From NCBI RefSeq assembly GCF_000315625.1, contig NW_005434673.1, positions 1,003,650 through 1,067,649 on the forward strand: a stretch of 64,000 nt of DNA. Direction: 5' to 3'. Below the pieces are notes generated by a model, which was not told the DNA's origin, ran no database searches, and saw nothing but the letters and a program-made list of their open reading frames with translations. The DNA is from Guillardia theta CCMP2712. Its lineage: Eukaryota > Protista > Cryptophyta. Shown here piece by piece: positions 9,603 through 22,298 of the stretch. The number at the start of each line of letters is the position of its first letter. Within the stretch, counting starts at the first letter, position 1. The translations under genes and the position numbers were made by a program.

Positions 9603-12600
9603 ATGTCGGCGATAGGCGGTAAGCGAAGCGATGGAGGAGGGGAGGAGAGATGTCCGGTAGCAGTAGAGGAGGATGTAGCTTCTGTCCATGTCCGTACAGC
9701 AGAGCAGGAGGTGCAAGCGGACGATGTGCAATGTTCGGAGGTCAGATCCCAAGCACGAGAATCAGTACGGTCCGAGGTTGCAAAGCGAGGAACCAAGAAT
9801 GAGAAGGTCTCTGGTGACTCTTGGGAGCAGCAGGGCCTCTGGTGACTTGAGGTGCTTTAGCATTGAGAGAGTAGACTGATGTCTCGGCATCATCACATCC
9901 TAGTCCCTCAAGTCCGAAACCTTTCTCGGAATGGCATGTCGTGTTAGGAATGTTATTCTCAGCTGCCCATCTACCTTGTTCTCGACCTTCGCTGACAACG
10001 GCTTGAAGGCGAGGACCTAGAGAAGCTGTTGGAGAGGATTCGGAGGAAACACGAGGTAAGGACCATGGGTGGTTCCCTGGTGCAAGAAGCTGACTGGGTT
10101 GTGTGTGTTCCAGTCGCAGCAAGGTGCGTCCAACCCGAGGTCTACAGTAGGGATCGTTCTGGAAGGTGAAGCGACGCGTGGGAGTCTCGATCCCCCGCAG
10201 CTGACTAATGGCTCCTATCAGGCGTCGCTGTGAACCTGGTAGTCCCTCGAAGCCCAGCTGACAAGTGAGCTGCTCATGTTCTTGTCGCCTCCTCTCAGCT
10301 GACACCCTTGGCAGGACGTACAACGGGCTCAAGATTGAGAACGGTGATGTCGTCACGAAGATCGATGGGGCCCCGGTCACCAAGAGCGACGTCGCAGCTC
10401 AGCTCCGAGGGCGAGACATCCCTGGAGAGATCGTGACCGTTTCGATCATGAAAGCTCACAGCAATAGGGAGGTTGACTTCAAGCTGACCAAGGCGGACAT
10501 GCGCTCTGTGCTGCACTACAAGGACCTGTTTCTCACCCTTGGGGAGCTGAACTCTGAGAACTCAGTGATCAAGTCAGAGAAAGTCTCGAAGAAGATTGTA
10601 GAGCTCGAGAACAGGGTCAACAACATCATGGAGTTTCACAGCTTGCGAGACAGCAGCAATCATGCTCATGTAGAAGAGTTGGAGCAGCTCGTGCGCGAAG
10701 TTTCACTTTCCAATCAAGAGATCGCGAACAAGTGTGCGAATCTCGAGGCGACGTTGAGGGCGCAGGAACGGGAGAAGGAGAGCGCTGGCAGAGATTTTGA
10801 GAGCATTAAAGGAGCAGAACAAGAGCTACAAAGGAGATTGAGGGAGCTTGAGAGAGAACGTGACGAGACCAAGAGGCAGCTCGATGGCGCTAGGGTTGCA
10901 AACAACAACTTGCAGTGGACAGAGAAGCAGTTGGAGAGTTGTCGCAGCGAAGTCGAGACTCTCACAGCTGCAAACAACAACTTGTCAGAGCAGTTGAGGG
11001 CGTGCAAGGAGTCGGAGAAGAGCTCCGAGGCAGAGAGGAACCGATCTCGCCAGGACTTCTCCATGCTCAGCCAACTGGTAGAAGACTTGAAGAAGCAAAT
11101 CGATGTGATACCTTGTCTGTTTACTAGGGCTCAGCGTTGACTTGCCTGCCAGGTGATCAGAGGGAATGAGAGCAAGTTGACGAACGACCTATCGGACGAG
11201 AGGAAGAGAGCCCAGGAGCTGGAGGAGCGGCTCAAGGGCGCGGAAGATGTTTTCACCAAGAAGATGAAGGCGGCAGAGGCGGAGGCTCTCGAGATGGTCA
11301 GGTTGCAGCAGCAGGTCAAGGAAGAGGCTCAGGTCAAGGCAGACCTTCAGGTAAGACTCGCCGTCCCGTTTGCCCCTTGTCTTGACCCCCAGCTGCCAGG
11401 CCCAGCAGATGGCTCTGAACCGGGAGTTGAGCTTCTCCAAGGCGACGATCTCGAAGCTGGAAAAGGAGTTGGAAGATCTGTCGTACATCAAGGAGGAGCA
11501 GGCGAAGAACGACTCAAAGAGCATCAAGGACGTGTTCGATGAGTGCGCGAGACTGAAGGATGAGCTCGCGACCCTAAGGCTGGACGCTTCCAAGAACGAC
11601 TTCTTCCTCCAGCAGACGAAGGACCGCTGCTTCTTCCTCGAGCAGCAGCTGGCGGAGAGCAGGGACTTATTGAAGATCACCTCTTCCGAGCTTGAGTGGG
11701 AGAAAGCTGAGAACTATGACCTCAAGGAGAAGATCGCAAAGGGCTCTCGGGGATCCCAGCTGACGTCCAGCATGGAGCCCGTCGAGTCGGCTAAGATGAG
11801 TGTCCTGAGGGCAGAGAACGAAGACCTTCGCAAGAAAGTCGACTCTCTGCGAGAGGAGCGGCGGCAGGTGAAGTCTCGAGGAGGAGGAGGAGGAGGAGGG
11901 GGCGAGCTGACACTGTGCAGGCCAGGGAGACAATGGAGAGGCAGCGGGCCGGCCTGGACGCGCTGCAGCTGGGGTATGGGCAAGCGATCAAGAGCCCCTT
12001 GGACATGGATGCTCGCGTGCGGATCCAGACACTCCAGGTAGCGGTGGAGCAGCGAGACCAGGAGATTCTTCAGCTCAGGAGGCAGCTGGAAGATGCCATG
12101 GTGAAGAAGCGGCAAATCCCGCTCTACTCGGGGCAGCAGGCGACTCCCGACCAGCTGAGTGACGGCAGGAAGGGGAGGAGGGAGGGAGGAGGAAGGAGAT
12201 CGGCTGCATTTCCGCTGTTCAACGCGCGCACGGACGACATACCTCAAGTCGCCACCATCGCTCTTTTCCTCCTGTGCCTGGACAGCCTCGTCATCCATGT
12301 CCAGGATACTTACTTCCATGGCGACAAGGGCGGCGTCCTGGGGTTCCTCTTCATCTGCGGCTCGCTCGCTGCTGTCATCTTTGTGCTCCTCACGCTCTTC
12401 AAGTTCTTCTTGCGGCTGCTGGGGGAGAGAAATCAGGAGGTGAGGAGAGGAGGAGGAGGAGGAGGAGGAGAGGGGAACGCAAGTATCCTGACGGAGGCCG
12501 AGCAGGAGAAGGTGACTGTGCAGGTGATATCGGAGCACGCTCCTTTACTTCCCTTCCAGCAAGGGAGCTACGTCAGCGAGTCCCGTCCTCAGATGTAAGT

Positions 12601-12861
12601 CATATCCTCCCCTCCTCCCCCCAGCCCTTTCCCAGTGCTCTTGCCTTTGGGCTCCTGCTTCTCCTTGCCCCCCTTCTTCCGCCTCCCTGTCCTTCTTCTT
12701 CACTCGTGACCGAGGCAATCGACGCAGGGAGCAAGGAGCAGAGGGAGCGCGCAAGAGCAACAAGAAGCAAGATATCAGGTGCTCCTCCTCTCCCCTCACG
12801 CTCCCAATAACAAGTTTGCAAGATGGTCCAACAGCACCGGCCAACCCCACCACGATGTGTA
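9603..12861 (+). CDS. PDZ-domain, long coiled-coil protein with two C-terminal transmembrane segments (span approximate)
   Basis: PDZ-like NGLKIENGDVVTKIDGAPVTKSDVAAQLRGRDIPGEIVTVSI; E/K/Q heptad-rich exons 10600-12100; hydrophobic segments VATIALFLLCLDSLVI and GVLGFLFICGSLAAVIFVLLTLFKFFL. Confidence 0.7.
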
Positions 12862-13023
12862 GAAAATCATGTAAATGTTTAGTTGAGGTCTATTACAGAA
12901 GTTTTTCCCCATCAAGGCTCCTAAATCTCTCTCCTCTCCTTCCCACCCGTTCGATAGCCCGAAACAGGTGACAAGGTTAGTAGCTGTTGACGAGCGCACT
13001 CCCTTGAGACACTCGCTCTTCCT

Positions 13024-13821
13024 CTAGAACCAGGAGTTCTCAGAGGCCACAGCCCAGAAGAGCAGTCCTCCACCAGCTAGGATCACCTGGTATCAAACAA
13101 CAACCATGTCAGGCAGGAGAAGACAGGACGCGATCTGAAATGTGTTGGAGTGTTTCATCAACATGAACCTGGGACAGATGAGAAGATCATTGCAGTGAGG
13201 ACTCACCGGCAGGACAACGAAGACTCCTCCCTGGTTCACAAACTCGCTGTCTTCCTTCACCTCCTGCTTATCCTTGCCCTGCATGCTTTTCCATTGCTCC
13301 TCGTCGATAGGCTGCGCATACATGACGTTAGCTGATCCTTCCTCTCATCCAGCAAGACACAGATGCATCATGCTCCTCACCTGCTCCATCTTGTTCAACA
13401 GGGAGATGGCAGTGTTTGCCGTCGCCGCGATGGCTGTAGTTCCAATCTTGATCGTCTCCTTTTGCGCCCGCTCCATTGGGGTCAAAACTTGCTCTTCCCC
13501 TGTGGACTTGTCCTCTACTCCTCCTTCTTTCCCCAGCCCGAGAGACGCGATGCGGCTCTCGAGCTCCTCGTCTGAGAGAGTGGAAGAGATCACCTCCTCC
13601 TCCTCCTCCTCCTCCATGGAGTTTGAGGCATCATTGACTGAGGGAACAGAGTCCTTGGACAGGAAGAGAGAAGCACGACGGCGAGGAATTCTAGCGCTGA
13701 CGATAGAGCGGCACAACCCTACGGAAGCATGGGAGGATCGCAGAGGAAGAACGTTGGGAGTGAAGGAGAAGACGCAGACGGCACTCAGACACAGGACAAG
13801 AGCGAAGAGGGCAGACTTCAT
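13024..13821 (-). CDS. Unknown plastid-targeted protein with C-terminal TM helix
   Basis: Signal peptide MKSALFALVLCLSAVCVFS|F, R/S-rich transit peptide, acidic region; last exon VILAGGGLLFWAVASENSWF*. Confidence 0.7.
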
Positions 13822-14393
13822 GGTTGCGGGCAGCTCCCAACTTCTCTCAAACTGCCGCAATAGCAATGTCAAGAAAGTGATGAAAAATCTTCCAACATGT
13901 TTGTAAATCAAGTTCATCATCAGTGATACTGACCTGACAAAGTCATCTTTGTCTAGCTTCTTGTTCCATTCTCTAATTTTCACTGCTCTGTCTACCCCCG
14001 CCATGCCTTGTCCTCTCAGCCTCATCTTACCCCTGTGTCTGCCTCCCTGCCATGCCCTCTCTTCACAAATCCCTCCCTCCTCCCCTCCCTCCCTCCCTCC
14101 CTCCCTCCCTCCCCTCCTGCTCTCCCTCCCTGCCATCCCTCTTATAAGTGCTAACACGTATTTTATTTGCCTCCCACTACCCTACCCCCACATCAAAGTA
14201 TATAATCATTTCCAGTAAACAAAGAGGTAGTGGTACATACCCCTACCCATACTTTTTGGGTTGCACCTGCTTTCAGTATGTTAGGGGGTGGTCAGTCCGG
14301 ATTTTGCGAAATCAATTTTGTAGGATGTGTAGAGCAGCGAAGGGAGGAGGGCAGAAGCGGAGAGCTAGGATGCAAGAGAGAAGAAGAAGGGAT

Positions 14394-14615
14394 GAGCAGA
14401 GCAGAGCAGAGCAGAGCAGGGCAGAGCAGGGCAGAGCAGAGCAGAGCAGAGCAGGGCAGGGCAGGGCAGGGCAGAGCAGGGCAGAGCAGAGCAGAGCAGA
14501 GCAGAGCAGGGCAGAGCAGAGCAGGGCAGGGCAGGGCAGGGCAGGGCAGGGCAGGGCAGAGCAGAGCAGAGCAGGGCAGGGCAGGGCAGGGCAGAGCAGC
14601 GCAGAGCAGAGCAGA
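14394..14615. repeat. Pentamer satellite (GCAGA/GCAGG)n
   Basis: ~220 bp of mixed GCAGA and GCAGG units. Confidence 0.95.
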
Positions 14616-14677
14616 TCGTTGCGAAGCCTCTAGGCATGCAGAAGTGTGTTTATCAGAGTCTGACCATCTCAGAAGGA

Positions 14678-16231
14678 ATGGTAGGGCGAACAGTCCTATT
14701 GGTCACCGTGGCATTAGTTTTGCTACCCACAAGGTGATAAATCAAGTTCCTTGTACACAAGAACCATGTTCTCTGGATCGAGTTGTTGTATCAAAAGCTC
14801 TTTGTACTCTGTCTTCCGTGCATCACCGCGCAAGGAACTTCAGTGAAAGGTTTTGCAGCTCTGGATTCCAGACTCGGGCGGGGTTTGCCAACAATGCAAT
14901 CAGGACCCATCGATGTGAGAACTTTGTGATTGAACGATTGAACGTGACTTGCAGTTGTAGCGTTGTGCTCTGCCGCTGCCAGGAATATCCGCATGGGGCT
15001 ATTCGACTTCCTGAAGCCTGTAGAAGACTCCCTCCCTCTAGTTTCTTCTGATCTCTTGGCTCGCAGCAAGAACAGCAGCGACCGTCGAGTCCCGACGGGC
15101 CATGGAAGGTGTAGGAGGAGCCAGGGGCTCAACATGTCTGAGCAGCCTCACTCGCAGAAGCTGCTGGACGAGGAGACGGGAAAGAACTACTTCTGGAACA
15201 CTGAGACCGGTTGTTCGTCCCCTCCCGCTCCTCCAGTGCTGACCGAGCGAGCAGGAGAGACGACGTGGGACAGTCCGTTGGTGGAGAAGACAGGTACCCA
15301 TGATAGATCCATATCCTCTCCTCGACTCTCCCGTTTCATCCTCGTCTGATGCTGTCTCTGATCGGTTACAGCAACACTTGAAGTGAACAAATTCCGACAA
15401 GTCAAACGTTTGACATTCTCAACCGTCCCACTAGTCAACTTGACCTTCCGGCAGGTGACACACGGCAGACAGAAGCTCTGCCGTTCCCTGTGGACTTGCT
15501 AGCGGGAACATACCTTGAGGGCAGGCAGCTTTCATGTATCTTCCAGGCGTCTCGGGACGGGTCTGTGAAGCTGACGAGAGTGCTGGTCTGCTGATCGCCT
15601 GTAGATGGTCAGCGAGCAAGTTCCATTCCTTGTGCGACAACAGGGGTCCTTGCGTCGTCTACTGCGAGGTCTTCCATGAGTCTACCCGGCGCCCCTGCCC
15701 GCATGCTGACGGACTTGACGAGCAGACGGAGCAGGGGAGCAGGTTCGGAGCCTTCAACCCTGATGGATGGTGCTCCGACGACGACTGTCTGCCCAACTTG
15801 CATCCTCCTCCGATCCTGACCGGGAGCATGCAGATCGCTACAACCTCAACACCTTCCTCTTCTTCTGGCCGGCAAAGGTGCGTCCTCCTCCCGCTGCTTC
15901 TCTCTCGTCAGACCCTCCACCAGGATGGTGCGGGTCCTGTCAAGCTGCCCAAGGTGGGAGGAGGAGACACAGCGCTCTTCGATTATGCTCGGTCTGGGCC
16001 TCACTTCGGTGCCGATGGACTCGTTATCGGTGTGAGCTCCTCCTTCTCCTCCTCCTCCTGCTCTCTGAAGTTACAGCTCACCTTGATGTCGCAGGAGCGG
16101 GACAAGCTGCTGTCACCGGTCTGTTTGCAGGGCCAGACTTCAGCGATAGTGACAAGACGCAAGGACAACTGAAGGTGAGTATGGAGGAAAGACCGCATGG
16201 AATGGCGACGATGCGAAGAGGGACTTGGGGA

Positions 16232-16285
<54 letters not shown>

Positions 16286-16690
16286 GGCAGGAGCAGGAGC
16301 AGGGGCAGGGGCAGGGGCAGGGGCAGGGGCAGGGGCAGGGGCAGAAGGCTGAATAGGATCATGCAGGATGTCATTTCCCGGCTTGGACAGAGTTACGCGA
16401 GGATCCCGAAGGAGTGAGACCAGCGGAAGAGCTGATTGCTCCTGCGCATGCTCACCCTGCTCCTAAGGTTCGGTCAGACGAGCATTCTAGGAGGCGACCG
16501 CGAGAGCGCCCGACTTGCCGAAATGAAGGTGCGTCCTGCTTGCAGCCATCATGCGATGATGGGAGGAAGAACAGGTTTACGCAGCCCCAGAGCTCTTCTG
16601 ATTCAGATTTGTACATAAAGCTTGCCTTCTACACCGTCTCTCTGCTGCCGCCGCCGCCGGCTCACTCCTGCTCGGACTCCTGATAATCCT
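14678..16690 (+). CDS. WW-domain + TLDc-domain protein, possibly with signal peptide (ends uncertain)
   Basis: WW-like LLDEETGKNYFWNTETG/ETTWDSP; TLDc motifs WSASKFHSLCDNRGPCVVYCE, FGAFNPDGW, TFLFFWP, DYARSGPHFGADGLVIG; hydrophobic MVGRTVLLVTVALVLLP at 14678. Confidence 0.75.
16232..16345. repeat. Intronic hexamer microsatellite (AGCAGG/GGCAGG)n
   Basis: Directly visible tandem array. Confidence 0.9.
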
Positions 16691-16734
16691 ACTGCTTCGG
16701 ATACAACCTCCTCCTCTTCCTCCTCCCTCCCTCC

Positions 16735-17370
16735 NNNNNNNNNNNNNNNNNNNNNNNNNNNNNNNNNNNNNNNNNNNNNNNNNNNNNNNNNNNNNNNNNN
16801 NNNNNNNNNNNNNNNNNNNNNNNNNNNNNNNNNNNNNNNNNNNNNNNNNNNNNNNNNNNNNNNNNNNNNNNNNNNNNNNNNNNNNNNNNNNNNNNNNNNN
16901 NNNNNNNNNNNNNNNNNNNNNNNNNNNNNNNNNNNNNNNNNNNNNNNNNNNNNNNNNNNNNNNNNNNNNNNNNNNNNNNNNNNNNNNNNNNNNNNNNNNN
17001 NNNNNNNNNNNNNNNNNNNNNNNNNNNNNNNNNNNNNNNNNNNNNNNNNNNNNNNNNNNNNNNNNNNNNNNNNNNNNNNNNNNNNNNNNNNNNNNNNNNN
17101 NNNNNNNNNNNNNNNNNNNNNNNNNNNNNNNNNNNNNNNNNNNNNNNNNNNNNNNNNNNNNNNNNNNNNNNNNNNNNNNNNNNNNNNNNNNNNNNNNNNN
17201 NNNNNNNNNNNNNNNNNNNNNNNNNNNNNNNNNNNNNNNNNNNNNNNNNNNNNNNNNNNNNNNNNNNNNNNNNNNNNNNNNNNNNNNNNNNNNNNNNNNN
17301 NNNNNNNNNNNNNNNNNNNNNNNNNNNNNNNNNNNNNNNNNNNNNNNNNNNNNNNNNNNNNNNNNNNNNN
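16735..17370. other. Assembly gap (N run)
   Basis: Run of N flanked by pyrimidine microsatellites. Confidence 1.
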
Positions 17371-17559
17371 TAGGCCAACTTCCCCCTCCTCTCCTCTCCC
17401 TCTCCTCTCCTCTCCTCTCCTCTCCTCTCCTCTCCTCTCCTCTCCTCTCCTCTCTTCCTCTCTCTCTCTCCTCTTCTTCTCCTCTTGTCTCCCTTCCCCT
17501 CTGTCTCCCCTTCTTCCTTCTCTTCTTCTCCTTTCCTCCTCCTATCATATTCTATCGAC

Positions 17560-18053
17560 GTGAACTTACGATGCTGATCCAGGCAGCTTGCACTGTCCGA
17601 CGACCTGAAGAGAGCATACAGCCATGTGAACCCCTCCCCCCTCCCCTCGCCTCCCTCGCCTCCCCTACGCCCCCCCCCTCTCCCCCCCCCCTCTCTTGAC
17701 TTCCCTGCATTCCTCCTCCTGTGAATTGACCAATTCTTCAGATCCTGATGTCCAAGTCATCGAGACGAGGGGCAAGGGGAGAGGGCTGCAGGCTGCATGC
17801 GCCATCAGCAAGGGGACGATTGTTTGCGAGTACCTTGGAGAGATTTTGCCGATGCATGAAGCAAGAAAGCGACAGAAGTTGCCTGTGAGCTTGCTGATCT
17901 TGCCGACCATGACATGTTGTAGGAGGTATGATGAGATGACACCTCCGTTGAATTATGTCTACGTGCTCAGGGAGATCTTCATTCGAGGAGGTATGCCTTA
18001 CATCTCTCCATCTACTCTTCCTCCTTTTCTGCTTCCTCCTCGTCCTCCTCGTC

Positions 18054-18089
<36 letters not shown>

Positions 18090-18721
18090 CTCGTCCTCCT
18101 CCTCCTCGTCCTCGTCCTCGTCCTCGTCCTCCTCGTCCTCCTCCTCCTCCTCCTCCTCCTCCTCCTCCTCCTTGGCCTTCTCCTCCGCAATTCAAGTGAC
18201 CATCACAAGGCCGAGAGGTCGCTCTTCGGACGACAGTAGATGCGACTATCTTCGGTCTCTTTTTGCCTCTGCAGCTTTCAAGTTGATCTTTTCACTCAGG
18301 CAGCGTCGGGCGATTCGTCAATCACTCGTGTGACCCCAACATGGAAGCAAAGCCCGTAACCTGCTCCTGCTCCCTCACCGCCCCTCCCTCTCTCCCCCCT
18401 TCTGCTCCCTCTCCCTTCCCCCGCCCCTACCCCTGCCTGCCGCCATCACCATTGAGCATGTGCTGATCACAGTGAAGGTTCGAATCGACGCGGCTCTTCC
18501 TCGCATTCTCTTCTGCGCTAGTCGGGACATTCTAGCTGGGGAGGAGCTGACCATTAGCTACGGAGAAGGTTGTTGACGTGAGCCTTGAGCCGTTTGTGAC
18601 GACTTATCCAACACCAGCAGATGCTCACGGAGGGGGCAGCAAGTGCGTATGTGGGGCAGAAGCATGTCGGGGAAGCCTCCCAAGGGAGGAAAGTTTGTAC
18701 GAGGAAGAGGAGAAGAGGTGA
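17560..18721 (+). CDS. SET-domain lysine methyltransferase with post-SET motif (5' end probably in gap)
   Basis: VIETRGKGRGLQAACAISKGTIVCEYLGE, RFVNHSCDPN, ASRDILAGEELTISYG, post-SET CVCGAEACRGSL; stop TGA at 18719-18721. Confidence 0.85.
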
Positions 18722-18753
18722 AGAAGAGTCGTCACATGAGCCTGTTGATCCGA

Positions 18754-21744
18754 TCAGTACAATTCATCCATGTTACAAGTCCTCAACTTCATCGTCTCCT
18801 CTACATAACTCTGCACGTCAGTTGGCATGCTGCTCTGAAAGTTGCCGGATTCTCTTCGTTCCGTTCACATGTTACCTTGTTCCTTGACAAACAGTCTTGC
18901 TCCTTCAATCCTCTGCGCGTCCTCCTTCGGCTGTTCAAGAAGATCTTTGTCCGCCTTGCATCTGTTGATGTGTTACAGGTTTCCTTCCCTGCACTGAGTT
19001 CTTGGCAGTATAGCTCCCCCGATTGTCTCTTCCATGATTGCCAGTTATTGCTGCATTTCCTTGAGAGTTGACACGCCTCCGACCTCGCTGAGAGATAGTC
19101 TGCTGGTCTCCTTCTTTCAAATTAGTCTGCTTCCCTGCCGCCTGAGAGATCCTCTGCTTGGCTGCTCCCCGCGAGTTGCCCTTGTCACTCAGGTTACTCG
19201 CTTGTTGCTCGACATTCTCGTTCATCACGACATTCGTCGGTTCTGCTTTCTTTTCCAAGTCCACAGGTTGCACATTCACGAGGCCCTTGAGGTTCAGCAG
19301 CAACTTCCGGTCCTGTTCCAATGCTTGCTGACTCTTGACCTCCTTGCCTTTACTTGCTTGCTCGAAATTCTTTGGACCGGAAGAGGGCTGAACTCCGGTC
19401 GTCACCTTGCCGTTGTTGGCTGCCTTGCCCTGGACGGCTCCATCCGCTGGCCTTGGTTTCATCTTTACGCCTTCTTCTTCCACTTCATCAATCTGTTCTT
19501 GCGAGGTGGGTTCTAACGAGCACTCGCTGTCTTTCAGAAACGCGTATTTTACCTAGAACAAAGTTCGTTTCAACAAAATCTCGTGACAACAGCGAGAATG
19601 ATGACAGCGAAGCATTCGAGCCGAAAGAATCTTATGTGTACTAACCGTCAATTGGTCCTTTGAGCCAAAGTTCCACTTCCGCTTGTTCTCTTTGTCATTC
19701 AGGTACGATTTCACGAAGAGATGAAATTCCTATCATTATGGTGAGCATCTTTGGAGCAGAATCACCACAACTACCTCTTGCTGTCCTGTCTCAATTTTCA
19801 GTGTCGGATCAGCCCCTACGGTTACCGGAGGAGTGACCTCGTACTTTGTGATACGAGACACATGGATTATCATCCTGCGACTCTGCTTGCAAGCCTGCAT
19901 GCTGATGCGCAATGGATGCTCTTGCCCGTATCTCTGTATCACTTCATGCAGGATATGCGAAACGATCTTCATAGACTGAGCTGAAGGTGAGCTGTAGACG
20001 ACAGACTGGAGAGCCCTCTCACCTCATCGAAGAAGAATCTACCCATCTGCGGTGACCCGTAGAGCAGAGTGTCCATATAATCCAGCGTGATATATTGGAA
20101 CCCAAAAATTTCCTGAGAACCAACAGCTTAAATGAAGGGTTCATTTGGTAGAGGATAGCCTACCTGAGTGTTGTGATATGTTACAAATGCACCATCCATC
20201 GCACCGATTCTGAGCTGGCACGAGTACTTCAAGAAGGCAGATCGGAGCATGTCATACAACTCTCGTTCAAACGAGTGCCACAGGCCGTATTGTTGGGTGA
20301 TGCGATAGTCAGTGAAGTGAAGGTGGCATTCCTCAGAGGGGATGTCAGGGAGTATATTGTAGCAATTGCGGATAGCGTGAGTGGCCCTTGTCTTGAGATC
20401 GAAGATCTTGTTCTTTCCCAGAACACAGTCCAACTAGGAGAGAATGATCACAATCTAAACCCTAGAAAGACAAGAATTTACCTGCGAGCGTAACATAATG
20501 CCGTTGCTGATAGAGAAATTGTACGCTCCGAGCAAGAGCTCCTCTGGGAATTCAGGCATTTCGTCGCTTCCCAGCGGTTTCAACATCAGCGAGTTGAAGG
20601 TTTTCTTGTCCATGGTCAGCATTCTCTCCATCGCCTTCCCCAAGTCCATCAAGATCTTGTTCCTCTGTTCTTTCTCGTTCTCAGCATTGATGCACATTAT
20701 TCCGTTGTGCGGGATCAGATGGACTACGGCAGGTTTCAACCTGATCGTGGATGTGAACTGATTGGGCATGTTTCGAAAGGCAGAAGAAAATTTGGAAATG
20801 TCCACCGGCTTCCAGTTGGAGAGCAGCTGGGGTATCGAATCAGCACACCGTCTCCTCTACCACAGCAGCAACAACTCACCATGTACGCGTGCGAGTACAA
20901 CCCCGAGATCGAGCTGGTAGAGGCCTGAAATGATGCTCCGTGTTCGGCAGCGAGTTTGTTGAGCTTGGCATCTTGAGACGGAGGGATGAAAGGAGGGATC
21001 CCGGCCCAATTTATCTCATCTGGCTGCGCGATCTTCTTGAGGAAGCTGTCAAAGTGGGCCCCACGGAACTTGCTCGAGAGCGGCACGGGAGTCTCGGTCT
21101 TGGTGCTGATAATCTTCGAGAGCCCATGGGCAAGCTCGGGTACCTCAGCGTCCGGGCCGTGGGCCTCAATTAATTGGAAGCCAACAGGTTTTGGGAGAGC
21201 ATTCCACGTCACGTCCGAGGGGACATACCTCTTCGGCGTGTCCCTCGACAGGTTGTCGCGAGACTTTCGGGCAGTCTTGATGCTGCTGCGGTGCTCCTTC
21301 AGCCATTGCGCTGCCGCTGCTTCCGCTGCCGTCCCTCTGCTGTCCCCCTGCCCGCTAGAGCTCCTGCCGGCACCCTTGACTTCGCAAATTTCGGAGCCTC
21401 CAGTGCCTGACTTCTGATACGAGAACAAAGGCTCCGGAAGTCGGAAAATTCTGAACAAAGAGAAGAGTTCAGAGCGAGACGATTTACCCTGCTTCGCTTG
21501 CTCCGCCTGCGTCGTCTGGTCCTCTTGCTGCCAGCCGACCATCACTGTTCAAACGAGGAGAGGAAACATGTCAACGTACCCCAGACGAGACTTCAACTTT
21601 CGCTGGTTCTTGTCTTGTACTGCTCTCCACCGGTGCATTTGATCCGCTTTGATTGCCTGACTGAGCGGCAAGGAAGGCGAGGAATCTTCTCTCGCTAGCC
21701 GCCCATGGTAGGACACATTTCCTGAGGGCGCTCTTCAGCATCAT
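18754..21744 (-). CDS. PET127: Pet127-family mitochondrial RNA 5'-processing exoribonuclease
   Basis: Family motifs IPPFIPPSQD, FQASTSSIS, LRSQ/MDC, IFDLKTRATHAIR, SFERELYDMLRSAFLKYSCQLRIGAMDGAFVTYHN, IFGFQYI; N-terminus MMLKSALRKCVLPWAASERRFLAF resembles a mitochondrial presequence. Confidence 0.88.
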
Positions 21745-22298
21745 CCTGTGCTGGGATTCAAGATGTCCTCAGATCCTATCTTGCAGTAAATGTGGGTTCT
21801 ATCAGACTCAGAGAGCAGGTGGTTCCTCCGATGTGCAGCTGCAAACTTCGTACTGTCCCTGCACCACGGTTGTAAAGTCCAAATCTTACACAAAATCCGC
21901 TGACAGGTTGAACATGAACAAGCTATCAGGGGCTTTTGGATCCTCGTTTCTACTGGATGACGTTATGAAGTCCCTTGCTTGTCTTGCTCCTCGTTCCGCC
22001 CCCTCCTCGCCTTCTTCTCTCGCCTCTTCCCCTGCTCCTGCCTTCGCAGCCCTGCATAACAGCGGTTCACGTGCCCACATCAGACACTAATGAAAGACCC
22101 CCCGGTGGGGTGGGGTGGAGGTCAGGATGGGGGTCAAGGGGTTGTGAGTCCTAGGCAAATTCGTGCTAAAAGTCCCCAGGTGGGTGGGTTATGATGCCCA
22201 ACCCCCCTGGGGTGGGTACAGCTTCAGAGGTAGAACGACTGGGGGTGATTTTGTGGGTTTGCCAGGGTGGGGGGTGGGGAAAAGCAAAACTTCACATC

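Noticed and set aside
14148-14637. ORFs with [10 protein letters not shown] or [10 protein letters not shown] repeats (also 33963-34371)
   Set aside because: Translations of a stop-free pentamer satellite; no coding evidence.
16577-17563. Long ORFs containing X runs (also 29936-31044)
   Set aside because: Artefacts of assembly gaps and flanking microsatellites.
17560-18721. SETMAR-like SET domain as part of a mariner fusion
   Set aside because: The gene stops right after the post-SET motif; no transposase or TIRs seen.
21886-22080. Small minus-strand ORF upstream of PET127
   Set aside because: No recognisable domain; a better PET127 start with a presequence exists at 21744. It may be UTR or a uORF.
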